A DNA stretch of 64,000 nt, taken from positions 682,001-746,000 of the forward strand of contig CM102284.1 of assembly GCA_046563655.1 (NCBI GenBank). Direction: 5' to 3'. Shown piece after piece: positions 1 to 11,823 of the stretch. The position numbers were made by a program, and so were the translations under genes. Each line of letters starts with the position of its first letter. Position 1 is the first letter of the stretch. The notes beneath the pieces are model-generated. The model did not search any database. It worked only from the letters and a program-made list of their open reading frames with translations, and had not been told where the DNA came from. This DNA comes from Yuukianura sp. NJ FZ-2021. Taxonomy: Eukaryota.

Positions 1-49
1 TTTTTCTGTACTTTTCACTTGGGGTAATGTGAGATACTTTTGTTTTCCT

Positions 50-225
50 TCTGTTCACGTTAAAAGGTAGGATTTGGCAGAAGAGCAGAATAGCTCAATG
101 GTGAGAGCGATTACCCCGGAATGGTAGCTGTGAGTTCAAATCTTGCTCCAGGGATAAATTTGTCTTCTCTCTTTTTTTGCAATATACAGTCGGCGTAAAC
201 TAAACTAGTGCATTGATTTCATTCC
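50..225 (+). mobile_element. tRNA-derived dispersed repeat (SINE-like), copy 1
   Basis: Pol III A-box-like TAGCTCAATGGTGAGAGCG (from 91) and B-box-like GAGTTCAAATC (about 132-142). Shares head (TAAAAGG(T/C)AGGATTTG) and tail (TTGCAATATACAGT...TTTCATTC) with the copy at 54240-54420. Confidence 0.7.
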
Positions 226-303
226 TGAAATTGGTGGACACATTTTAAGTCAACTTTTTGATAAAAATTTTGAAAACTTTCTTTTTAAATTTCACGTTTT
301 CAG

Positions 304-3300
304 GATAATTTTGGACGAAACCCGCAAGAAATTTGTGGTGACAGCCGTCCGGGAGCGAGATTTGGTTCGGCAATTTCGCGGCTCGGAGATACAAATTTTG
401 ATGGATTTCAAGGTTCGTTTTCTCAAAAAAAAAATCAAACTTTTTTAAAATCTTCAAATTTTCAAAAACCTGGTTCGTGCCTAGATGTTGCTGTTGGAGC
501 ACCTTATGAATCAGAAAACCGTGGAGCAGTTTACATTTACCTTGGCAGTGCCAAAAGGCTCATATTTTCACAAAAACTGATTCCGGAAGCGATCGATTTG
601 AATCTTCGCGGGTTCGGGTACGCCTTATCAGCTGGAGTTGACATTGATGAGAATGGATACGGCGGTAAACATACCAAACATTAAAAAATTTACAGGAAAT
701 CGAAAATTTTTCAAAATTTTGAGAAAATTGTTTCAGATCTGGCCGTTGGTGCGTACGATTCAAATCACGTTGTGATTTTCACAAGTCGTGCAGTTGTTGA
801 CATCAGCAGCAACATTTCAGCATCAGTCACCGCTCTAGGCTCAACCACCGGACAATTCACAATCACAAGTTGCTGTAACTACAAAGGTCACCGAGTACCA
901 GATGACCTCCGTAAGTCTTCAAAATTTCAAGTTTCAAAATTTGGAAATTTTTCAAAATTTCCACTTTCAACTTCAGAAATCTGGGTGAAGATAACCCTTG
1001 ATCCAGAAATCCGGAAATCCCGAATCGTCGAATTTCTACCAAACAGTGGAATTTCAGCACAGAATTTTTCAAAAAATCAAATTACCTTCACGGGGTCATT
1101 CACCCCGAGGGGAAAGTGTCACACTTTCAAGGTCACGACGCTCGGCGACCTTGACTCGATCACTGTCCCAGTGATAGTCAGACAAGAAGTTTGGCTAGAC
1201 GATGACGACGCCACTCCGGAACCAATAAAACTTGAGCTAAGCAAAACAGACGCAGGTCAAGCAACTTTAAACAAGCTCTCTCCTGGTAGGTTTCAAAATT
1301 TCGAAAACGCAAATTTGAAAATCAAAATTTCCAAAATTTCATAGTTGATAACATCTTTGTCCAGCACATTCCTGGAGTCCAAAGCTGCCCATCGTGTCAC
1401 CGATTTCAAAAAATGCAAATCCCACCACAATTTCAATTCCAATTTTGGCCATTTGTGAAGAAGATGGAGATCCTACATGCTTAGCAAATCTTTCAATTAG
1501 CGCTACTTTCAAAACCAGTGATGGAGCTCCGTTACAGTAACATTTCAAATTCATGTTTTCCAAAAATTTTGATTCCAATTTCAAAATTTTGAATTTCAGA
1601 GACATGTCCTATGTCATTGGATCGTCCAAGTCAGTGATACTCCAAATAGAGCTGACCAATCACCGTGAACGGGCTAATTTACCTTTGACATTAGAAATTG
1701 CCTGGACAAATCCATTGATTCTGCGCAGTAGCCAAAGTGACTGCAAACGTGCCGAAGCAGAAAACGACGTGCAGAAACTCTACATTTGCTCTTTACTGGC
1801 ACCGCTTGGAAAAAACAAAAAAGTTTGAACGAAGAAATCATTTTCATTACCAACAATATTTTTTAAAAACTAACAATTTAAAAAACACGTTTAGAAATTT
1901 GATTTTTTAAGTTTATATGTTTCTGTGCAGGAACTCATCGAAATGGAGCTGGATACGACCGCACTATATGCTGGAAAGGGCGTTGACCTCTTGACCTTTG
2001 ACCTCAGGGCAAACACAAGCTCGGCCGTGGAGAAAACCGCGGCGGTCACGGCTCATCTCCGTCTTGGTTACAAAGCACAACTTTTGCTCCACGGTCAGTC
2101 AGCTGAAATTTCTTACTACGAAAATATCACTGCTGAAACTGTCAACTTTACTCAACTATACGAGGTTTGCTTAGCAAAAATTTTCAAAATAAACGTTTTC
2201 AAAAAATAAATTTTGAAAATGTAATTTCGAAAATTTTTGAATTTTAGATGAGCGTGACTGGGCTAAGCCCGATTCACACAGTTCAATTTCACGTGGCACT
2301 TCCGTCGGGAGTTCTCGTCGGTGGACGCCGATTATCACTGCTGCGAATCCGCGAACCAATTGTAATCTACTTTCAAAATTTCACAAAATTTCAAAAAAAA
2401 AAACAAACTATTTTTCAAAATTTTAAATTTCATAATTTTTCATGATTATGACAATGAAATGTGTTATAGATTACATATGACGGCAAAGAAATGAGTTGTC
2501 ATGCGCCAAATGGAACTTTTTACAAAGACGTTGACCCGCGACCTGACCTTGACCTGCCACTTGCCACTGGGCGGGCCAAAAGAAGTTCGACCAATCAGAG
2601 TACGAGAAGTACGACCAATCAGAAGAGGACAAAAAGAAGTCTGACCAATAGGAAGCCGACTTTGGTTGAGCAGCAGCCAATCATTATTAATTGCCAGACT
2701 CCGGGAGTTGACTGCTTGTGGGTGGAGTGTGAAATTTTTGGATTCGCGCCTTCGTACCGCGCTTTAGTCGAATTTCGGCTGAGAATGATCACTGAAACAG
2801 CACGTTAGTTCAAAAATTTTAAATTTTTCCTGGAACTTTTTTAAATTCCTGAAAATTATTGAAAATTTTTTATTTCAGGGTTACTTTTTTCTGAAAACGA
2901 CAGAGACATTTTGGTAATCGAGAGTTTGGGACGCTTGAGTCGTGTTGTGGGAATCCAGGAAGAAAGATTCGCAGTTTCGCGGACGCTGATTCGTGCAGAA
3001 ATTCGCGGAGAACTCAAGGCGTGGATTTTAATAGTTGCGATTGGTGGCGGAGTTATCATTTTCACCATAATCACAATGATACTCATGCGCTGTGGATTCT
3101 TTCGTCGAACAAAGTTGGAGGAACTAACGAAACTAAAAGCAGGACAAGTTAGTTTTCAAAAAAAGTTCAAATTTTGAAATTTCAAAACATAAAATTTTGA
3201 AATTTCTTGTAGACTCCCGTGTTTACATTTGATGATGGTATGGAACCTGCTGATTCCTTAGAATACTACGACGGTGCACTTTCCCGCACAGATTTTGAAT

Positions 3301-3383
3301 ACCAAACGCGAGACAGTGGATTTGGAAACTCTTTTATGCCGCCCTACAAAGATGAATTTTACGACGAATTACAAACTACTTAG
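304..3383 (+). CDS. Integrin alpha subunit, 3' portion (multi-exon; 5' end lies upstream of the window)
   Basis: Spliced exons give FG-GAP repeats with Ca-binding loops ([51 protein letters not shown]), calf-domain cysteines, a basic furin region (RAKR/RTKR), a TM helix (WILIVAIGGGVIIFTIITMILM) and the membrane-proximal CGFFRR motif. Last exon is 3213-3383 ending in TAG. Introns are GT-AG. Confidence 0.95.
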
Positions 3384-3545
3384 ATTTCAAAATTTCAAAA
3401 TTTTAAATTTCAGAATTTTGAAACTTTTTATATTCAAATTCAAACTTACAAGGCTAGAGCAAGGCTAGGTTAGAATTTTAGGTAGTTATACCAACTTTTT
3501 TAAATAAACGTTTCAGCAATTCCATTTTTCAAATTTTGGAAATTT

Positions 3546-3559
3546 AGTGCCATAGCAAC
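3546..3559 (+). promoter_or_regulatory. Putative RFX X-box upstream of the tektin gene
   Basis: AGTGCCATAGCAAC matches the canonical X-box GTTGCCATAGCAAC at 12 of 14 positions, about 200 bp upstream of the ATG of a ciliary gene. Confidence 0.55.
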
Positions 3560-3759
3560 CGAGTTCCACTTTTTCCATTGATCAAACTTCTTATTGATTT
3601 TTCCGAAACTTTTTCCAAAACTTTTTTATTTTTTCGCTCACTCACTTTTTAAACTTCGCTCCGGACGGTCATCATTTTCTTCACTGCTCCTCCATCCAAT
3701 CAACTTCCAAAGTTTCAACTTCCAAAGTTCATTGACCTTTGACCTTTGATCTTTGCACC

Positions 3760-5582
3760 ATGCTGGGAAAAATCACGTGTCGAATGGTGAAGCCCGCGGA
3801 GTTCAAATCCAAAACGGACTGGGAGCACTTTACCTGGAACTTTGCAAATCTTGCCGAACAGCAACGAGAAGACACTCTACGGGTAAGTCAGCGTTCAGCA
3901 TTTTCCGAAAATTTTCGAATCTTGAAACCGATTTCCAATTTTTTCAGGTTCGTCATGAAGGTCGTTCGGTTCGGAACGAATCCGGGATCCAGGCTCGGTG
4001 GGACGTTTTTCGGAATAACAATCGGATCCGAGAGCGGTAAAAGCCAACAAAAAAATCAAAAACAAATCTTGGATCCACAAAATTTTCAAAATTCTGAACT
4101 TTTTTTTTAAATTTTCAGGATTGGTGAAATTGATACGTGGCGTGTTGCTTTGGAGCAGACCGTGGCCACAATTGACCTCGAACTGAAGAAAGTCATGGCA
4201 GCTAAAGAAGCCGTTGAGCAGGCCGTTGAGACCAAAGTGCTTGACCTTGACATTGTCAACGAAATCATGTCAATTCGTGAACAGCGCCGTGGCAACGACT
4301 TTGTTGACGACGAAGCTCAAATTGAACTTACCAAAGTAATTAGTCAAAATTTAGTTGACTAAAGTTTCAATTTTCAATTTCAAAATTTCACTTTTTTGAT
4401 TTTTTTAGGAAACATGTCTCCTCAAAGAAACTCGAAATCTATTGGAGAAGAAAGGGCAGGAGTCGTGGCATCAAATCGGTCGACTAAACGAAGTGCGGCA
4501 GCACATTCTTCGGGATTTGTCGGAAAAAATTGTTTCGCTCGATATCGACCGGTATCTGCTGAATCTCAACGAAACTTCAGCCGAAATTTCGTTTCGTCCC
4601 GATCCGCTCAGAATTCCAAAAGAGTAAGCCAAAAATCCAAATTTGCAAAGAATCCAAGAAAAAAAATTCAAATATGCAAAACTAAAAAAAAAATCAAATA
4701 TTCGAAAAATCCTTTAGAAAAATCCAAATATGCATCAAAGCCAAAAGAAAAATCCAAACAAGCAAAACTTCAAAAAAAAATCCAAAAAATCTAAAATTTG
4801 AAAAATCAAAAAAATTGAAACTTTTTTGAAATTTCAGCATGATGACTCCACAAGCCTGGGAGGAGCAGAGCCGTTACAACAAAGCTCGCGCGGATTGTGA
4901 ACTCGCGAATTCGCTGAAACTGCGTGAATCAATGCTTCTGATTATCGACCAAACTTATGCAGAACTGAACGCTCAGCGAGAAATCACCAACTTTGCAATG
5001 CGTCGTCGCCTTCATGAAATTTTGAAAAACACTTCAGAGTTGTACAACCAAAAAGAAAAAATTTTGCAAGAGAGTTGCAAAGTTGAAAAGGAAATTCAGG
5101 ACATGGAAGACGCTTTGCTGGACAAAACGAACAAAATGAAGTTGGCCGAAACACGATTGGAGCATCGGACTTATCGATACGGCGTTGAATTGACGCGGGA
5201 TGATGCACAGTATGGCTTGAGCCAAGAAGTTTTGCAGCTCCGGGCTTCTAGTCAAGCTCTTCGCAACAAAATTGATGACTTGAAGTAAGATTTAAACAAG
5301 AATTAAAAAAAAACTTTTTTGAAACTTGGATTTTGAAATTTTAGAAAAGGCTTGACTGTTCTGGTGGGATTTCTGCAGCAAGTGGAGGGAGAAATTGAAA
5401 ACAAGAATGAGGCGAAGACGATTGAGCAAATGGCAATTGACGTGCGTGGTCGCGTCGCAGCTTCCGCCGAAACGCCGTTGACGAAAACTGATCGCAACAT
5501 CGCACTTTCGGCAACGGTCACGGTGCCAGAGGATCACAATCGAAAACGTTCGGGAGAAATCGGACGTGTCTGCGTCAAGTAA
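3760..5582 (+). CDS. TEKT2: Tektin-2 / tektin-B-like axonemal coiled-coil protein (6 exons)
   Basis: ATG at 3760; exons about 3760-3882, 3948-4036, 4119-4335, 4409-4623, 4838-5284, 5345-5582. Tektin motifs IREQRRGNDFVDD, FRPDPLRIPK, KLAETRLEHRTYRYGVELTRDDAQYGLSQEVLQL (compare TEKT2 RTYRPNVELCRDQAQYGL). Confidence 0.9.
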
Positions 5583-6040
5583 ACGCAACCAAAAACAAAT
5601 TTTTCAACTCAAACAGCACTTTTCAACTCAGAAAGCAATTTTTCAACTCAAACAGCAATTTTTCAACTCAAAAACTCATATTTCACATTTTCAAAAAACT
5701 TTTAAAAAAATCAATGCAACAGAATCTAGTAGCAGCGTAGTCTCAACATGTAAATGTCTTCTAAAAAATTTGAAGATTAAAAAATAAAACCACATTAAAA
5801 ACAACATTCTTGACTAAAATTGAACTTTAAAAATGCAGATTTTGTGAATCTTTTGGTCTTATTCTTTGCTTTATTTCTTTTTCTCTATAGTTTTTATTTC
5901 AAATAATTAATTAATTAACTAATTAATTAATTGATTTATATTCTTAGAGAACATGCGACCCCTCTCGTGGAATGTTATTGGCACTTGTTGGTTACTGGTG
6001 AAAAAATTTGATGTGAAATTTTAGTTTTTTTTAGTAACGT

Positions 6041-7002
6041 CTACCACCCTCGCCATCCGCGGAGTTTCCACAGTGGAATAATTACCTGCAAGGTTTTAAA
6101 AAAAACAAAATTTTGAAAAATTGGAATTGTGAAAAAATCAAAATTTTGAATTTCTTACATCAACACTTGGAATGCCCCATCCACGTCGTCTCCATCCCCA
6201 GCCTGAACAGAGAAATTAGTATAATTTGTGCGTTTAACTTTAAAATTGGTGTAATTGTTGATAGTTTGATAAAAACCTCAGTCTACAAATTTTTCTAAAA
6301 TTTTACTAAAAATTTAAAAAAAAAACACTTACCGCCACCACCGAATCCTCCAATTTGAATTCCATGGGATCCACCGCCCCATCCACCCCCGTAGCCACCT
6401 CCGTAACCACCCCCGTAGCCACCTCCATAGCCACCTCCGTAGCCACCATACCCGCCTCCATATCCACCCCCTCCTCGACCTAAATATCAAAAACAGAAAT
6501 CAATTATAACTAATTCATCTAAAATTATAATTTTGTGCTTTAATATATTGTTATATTGTATATATTGTATGTTATATATATCTTGTTATATTATATTCAA
6601 TATTTTGTTATATTATATTCTATATTGTATTATAGTATACCGTATATTCTTTTACATTATATATTATATTTAATTGTATTATATTATATATTTTGTATCT
6701 AAAGCTTACCAAATCGTTGTTCAGGTCCGTAGTAGTACCAGAACCCGCCTGACCCGCCGCCCCGCCCAGCTCTGTACGGATTCAAGGCGGGATATGGCGT
6801 GTAAGGCACGTAGTCGTCCACATCGTACGGCTCAACATTGTGGTAAGGATATGGTGGGTCGTCATACCATTGGGCAAGCGTCAGTGTCACGCATCCCAAC
6901 AGAAGTAGTGCCTAAAGAACACGTTTTCAAAATTTCGAAAAACTTTTTTTTAAAACAACACTTTTTTTGAAAAGTAAAGACACTTACCACTTCTGTCTTC
7001 AT
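6041..7002 (-). CDS. Secreted Gly/Tyr-rich protein with Trp/Arg-rich C-terminus (5 exons, about 150 aa)
   Basis: Exons 7002-6988, 6911-6710, 6479-6333, 6202-6159, 6085-6041 splice in frame with GT-AG: MKTEV-ALLLLGCVTLTLA (signal peptide)-QWYDDPPYPY...(GGGY)n...GWGWRRRGWGIPSVD-VIIPLWKLRGWRGW*. Confidence 0.8.
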
Positions 7003-8606
7003 GGTTGAAACCTGTTTAGGTTTTTATGAGTTGTAGTCACTGGAAAAAGTTTGTAGCTCGAATGAATGTTCAACTTCTCTCCGTCACTCCTTTTATCAAC
7101 TTTCTTTTCCATTCATTTTCATATGAAAATCAAAAAATGAAAAGAGAGAGCTGGAAGCACTTCTTTTAAAATCTTTCATCCTGAATCCCAAGTTTTAAAT
7201 CCTGAAACAAGAAAACTGGATTTGGAATTTGCATATTACATGCCTACCTCCAAAGGTTAAGTTAATCGACCTGCCTATTTTGTTTTTTTTACAAAAAAAA
7301 AAGTTAGGTTAACTTACCCGCCGGGAGTTTACTTGTTGAATGCCCTTGAACCATCCTAACCGCTAGAGGCTTCATACACAGTGTCATCAATCGGTCAAAG
7401 ATCCCGCATGAGCCACGGCAGAGACCATTTTCAAAAAAAAATTCACTTTCAGAAAAAATTTTAATAAAAAAAGCACAAATTTTATTCCACTTCCAACATT
7501 TTTTGAAACCCTTTGGATAAAAATGTGAAGTGCATTTCATTTTTTGACAATCCGACCATACTAAAATCCAACTTCAGCCTAAAACAAAAAAAGTGGACCA
7601 TGTTCAATTTTTAGCGTGACGTCACTGACATTCTTTTTTGAAATCCAGAAACAAAAAATCGAAATGTCAGTGAAGCTTTGAAGTGGATTTCAAAACGCTT
7701 TGTCATTTTGGAAATTTTGAAAATTTGGATTTTTTGAAAGTCCAAGAAATAAATTAATTGGTAGACAGTTCAGGGAGAGTCAATGACTCTAGTCTGATTC
7801 AAAGGTTGCGCCACCAGCAGAACAGACATGACACTTTTTCTACTTTTCATCTCACAAAATTTTGAAATAATACGAAAAACTTACTTCGGCAGGAGCACTT
7901 TTTCTACTTTTGTTATCAGGAGTGCAAAAACCGGTTTGAAAATTTTAAATCACAAGGCCCTGTCCACAAGTATTCAGTGAACAACCCAAAGCATTACAAA
8001 GTGTTACTAAAACTCCAACAAAAACAGCAATACAATAGAACAACTTCTCTGGAAAAGGGTATCGACCTCTTCAAAAAATTAAAAGAAAACAGGCACGTCC
8101 TCGGCATTTCCATTTTCACTTCAAGTTTTACGAAAAACTCAAAATTTTATGAAAAATATTAATAAACAGGCCTGCTTGCTACGCATGATTGCTGGAGCTA
8201 AATAATTAAATAATTTGACATTAGCATAAAAAATAATGCTTTCTCACATTCCTTTATTTCGTTACTAAATCAGTACAAAACTTATTAGTATTTGGACTTA
8301 TCAACGGTAACGTTTTGTGATTGCACAAAAATAGTTTAATCTTTTAATTAATTAAGCTAAGTATTAATTTATTAACACAGCTTAATGTAAGTAGTACAAC
8401 ATGAAAAATAAGTTGTCCATATTTCAAAACTAATGCATCGAAAAGGCACAAGAGTTTATCAAAAACATCTTAGCACAAAAATCTAAAATCTAAACAAAAC
8501 TATCTAACCTGAACACATCTTGCTGCTTGGGCTGGAAATCCGGGTTGCTAGGGCTGGAAATCCTGTTCCTAGGGCTGGAAATCTTGTTGTTAGGGCTTGC
8601 TTGGGT

Positions 8607-10900
8607 TTAAGCACCACCAGCTGACTCTTCGTCAGAACTACTACTGGAACTACTAAGCCTCGGATTAAGCGGATCCTTCTCCAGACGACACTTGCGACGC
8701 ATCTTCTGTTTTTCCGCAATCGGTTGAATCATGGCAATCTCTTCCGGATCAGCCTTTGCCTCGTCTATCTCGTCCTCCCCACCAGCCGGCGTGTCAGTTG
8801 AGGTCACCGTACTGTTAGCACCATCTCCATCATAAACGATTGCCAAATCGTCATCACTCTCTTCCAAAACGTCATCAGCTGTTGCCTCCTCTTGGCCATT
8901 GTAAAAGCCCGGACCATTCTGATCAGTTTCAGCAACGTCTTCGAAACGTGGCAACATGTTCCTGTCCACAAGCACATGGACCACTGGAACATTAACATAC
9001 TGGTAGAAGTCATCGGGAACAGTGTCACCCAGGGTGTTACTGATATTGTCAATTGACAAAGACCCTGAATAGCACGCGAATTCAGAAGAGTCAAACTCAA
9101 TCTGACTCCCATCCAGGACTTCAACGGATTCTGATCCAAGCGACTTCATGTCACTGGCAACTGAAGATGTCGTCTTTGGGCCATCATTGTCATCTTCTTG
9201 CTCTCCGGAAGTATCAGCTTCGATAAATCCAACTTGTTGATCCTCGGACGTTTCTGATTGGCGGCCGAGTTGATCCTCGGAAGCTTCTGATTGGTTATCG
9301 AGTTGAATCTCTGATAATTTCATTGCTTGATCAACCAATGACTGAGGTTCTTCTACGTCATCTTGCGAGATCTGCAGTTGATTACTGTCTTCTTCTATGT
9401 CCGCAATCTCCTCAACTACTTCTTCGTCTTGTTGTTGTTGTTGGTCAGCATCAGCATCAGTATCAGTCTCAGGGAGATCCATTGTATCAGTCTCTGTTTC
9501 CTCTTCGTCACATGACTCGGATAAGCTGTAGATCTGTCCGTTGATTAGCGGAACAATCGGGCCAGGGTCATACATGTCCAGTATGACTGGCTTCCGCTCT
9601 TTCTTTTTGGAAACTTTCTTATGTTGTTCCTCCAGGTTTGGACTAGCAACATCTTGTAGCACTTGTGAAACGACATCACGCACAATCTGAAACAAAACAG
9701 CATCAGAATTCAAGTTTAGCCTGATTAATCGATTAATCATAAAAATCTAAATATGACACGGTACTTACCCCAATAATACGAGATAAGTTCATCTTCTCAT
9801 ACAAAGTACGGATATCCTTCTTCCCAAATCCCTTCCACAACCGAGCTGCTGTTTCCATGTCATCGAAAGTATTCAGTGGCAGTTCTTTCAAAAAAGCAGT
9901 AGTTTGGTCAATGAGTCTCGTTTCGAGAGTATTTGCGTCCATCCGTTTTAAACTGTTGCTGTTCTCCAGAACATAGATTTTGAACGGCACCATGAACTTG
10001 AGTAAAGCAGTGCCGGAAGAGGTAAGGAAGGCCGGAGTGCGGATATCTCTGACTAGTTCCTCCAACAAGCAGCCATGAAGGCCTTTGTTCTTGTGTCCAG
10101 GGACACAGAGTTCGGACAGTAGAAAAGTGTCCAAGAGGGACTCTGCTGCAGTACGAATTGAACTTCCAGCGAAAACAAATTTGATGAAGCGGTAAATCTT
10201 GGTGGCTTCTTTGTGCAGATTGTTCATCTGATGATTCTGGAAATTGTTGGGACCCATCTCGGAGCCCGGTGTACTACGAAATAACATGACTAATCAGCTG
10301 ATTTGTGTGAAATTACTTTATTTCTGGATTTACTTACACAATCATGAGGGAAGCATTTATGTAGTGCTTGACCAGAGCCACCAAACAGTAACGCAATTGG
10401 TTTGCGTAGTTTCCTTTCCAGAATCCATGTAAGCAAGCAAACAATGAGAAATTGCGGAGCTGGTGCTCCAAGAAATCACAACGTTTGTGGACCAATTCAG
10501 GATTTTGATTCTGAAGCTGAGAAATTGTCATACCACAGGCCAGAGCCCTGCAAATAATCAACAACGATTACTTTAACTGAAATACGTTTATACTCAACAG
10601 CAACAATAATATAACATATGTCGTTGTTTGCCCTGTTGCAACAGGATGACAACAGGATCCTTACTTTTCAAAGTTGCCCAGTAGAGTATAGAAGGATGGC
10701 TCAAGGATTTCATCCGACGCTGTAAATCCCATCATGAGTTGGACCAGATCAATTGAAATGGTAGCCAATTCCGGGAAGTCTGCATACCACTGCCTGTAGT
10801 TAAGCGCAAACGTATTCAGAACGACTGGTACTTCAGAGGATGTGGATTGACGTCTGGACGATCCAGTGGAATGCTTCTTCTTTTTCTTCACTCCTTCCAT
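8607..10900 (-). CDS. Uncharacterised protein (about 680 aa): helical N-terminal half, long acidic low-complexity C-terminal half
   Basis: Four ORF-track segments join in frame through canonical introns: exons 10900-10665, 10547-10338, 10273-9769, 9686-8607. Basic NLS-like stretches KKKKKH, KKVSKKKERK and KMRRKCR. No family recognised. Confidence 0.75.
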
Positions 10901-11823
10901 TCCTCAATGGATTCCTTTTACAAAGTCAATGCAATCCGTAGATTATGGAGCGAAATAAGTGTCCTAGATAAACAACATTGTAAAATTTCTTTAGTTTAGT
11001 TACTCCCCTCGTCCCTCCTAACTCGTAATTCAGTTGACATTGAGTAATGATGTTACCTTTAAGTAGAGTCTGACCTAGGTAGTGTTAATTGTTAATTAGT
11101 GAAGCGAATACTGACTGAAGAGGTGACAGGCGTGACGACAGTAGACCACCGAATACCGAGCAGGACACAACACATGCAATACACTGGCTTGCACCAAGAT
11201 TACCGAAAGATTTGAAACGGGATCACATGATGTACTAGCGGTAGATACTAATCCCCTGACTAGTCTGAAAAGTTACCTACGGGTTAGACTATTCCTCTGA
11301 TACTACTGATAATTTAAGAGTTCAACTTCTAAGGAACCAGGCTAATCCTCAGAAATCGCAGAAAAAGTCGTACTTTCGCGAAATGAAAGAAAATTGAAAA
11401 GTAATTTAATAATTTAAATTACTTTTTAATAAAAAGTTTTTAATAGTGCATTATTGCTTGCTGGGGCTTCGCCGCCAGAAGGAAATTAAATTAAAAATTC
11501 GAAATTTAGTCACCGGAAACCGAGTTTTATAGCGATACAAAAAAAAATTCTTTTCAAATGCTTCGTCTTCATTCCATGCCGGCTTCCGTCACTATAGTTT
11601 TACTCAACTTTTTACTTCAAGGAAATGAAAAACTAGTTTGTACTTTCCCGGAATTTCATACATTATACTTAAAACCTCTCATCCTGTTTTAAGCACAACA
11701 CACCAAATTATAAAATGCATGAAAATAGTCTTGTACAGCCACTCAAAAACAGTAGTCTTTTTATTTTTCACTTCTTATTAAATTTCCACTTGAAAACTTT
11801 TCTTTTCTTTCTTGTTTTTCAAA

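Noticed and set aside
84..150. Genuine tRNA genes (also 18475-18545 and 54285-54352)
   Set aside because: A and B boxes are present but no consistent acceptor or anticodon stems could be folded, and shared non-tRNA flanks indicate repeats.
5292..5588. Separate gene downstream of tektin
   Set aside because: 5345-5582 is the last tektin exon; the minus-strand ORFs are its antisense shadow.
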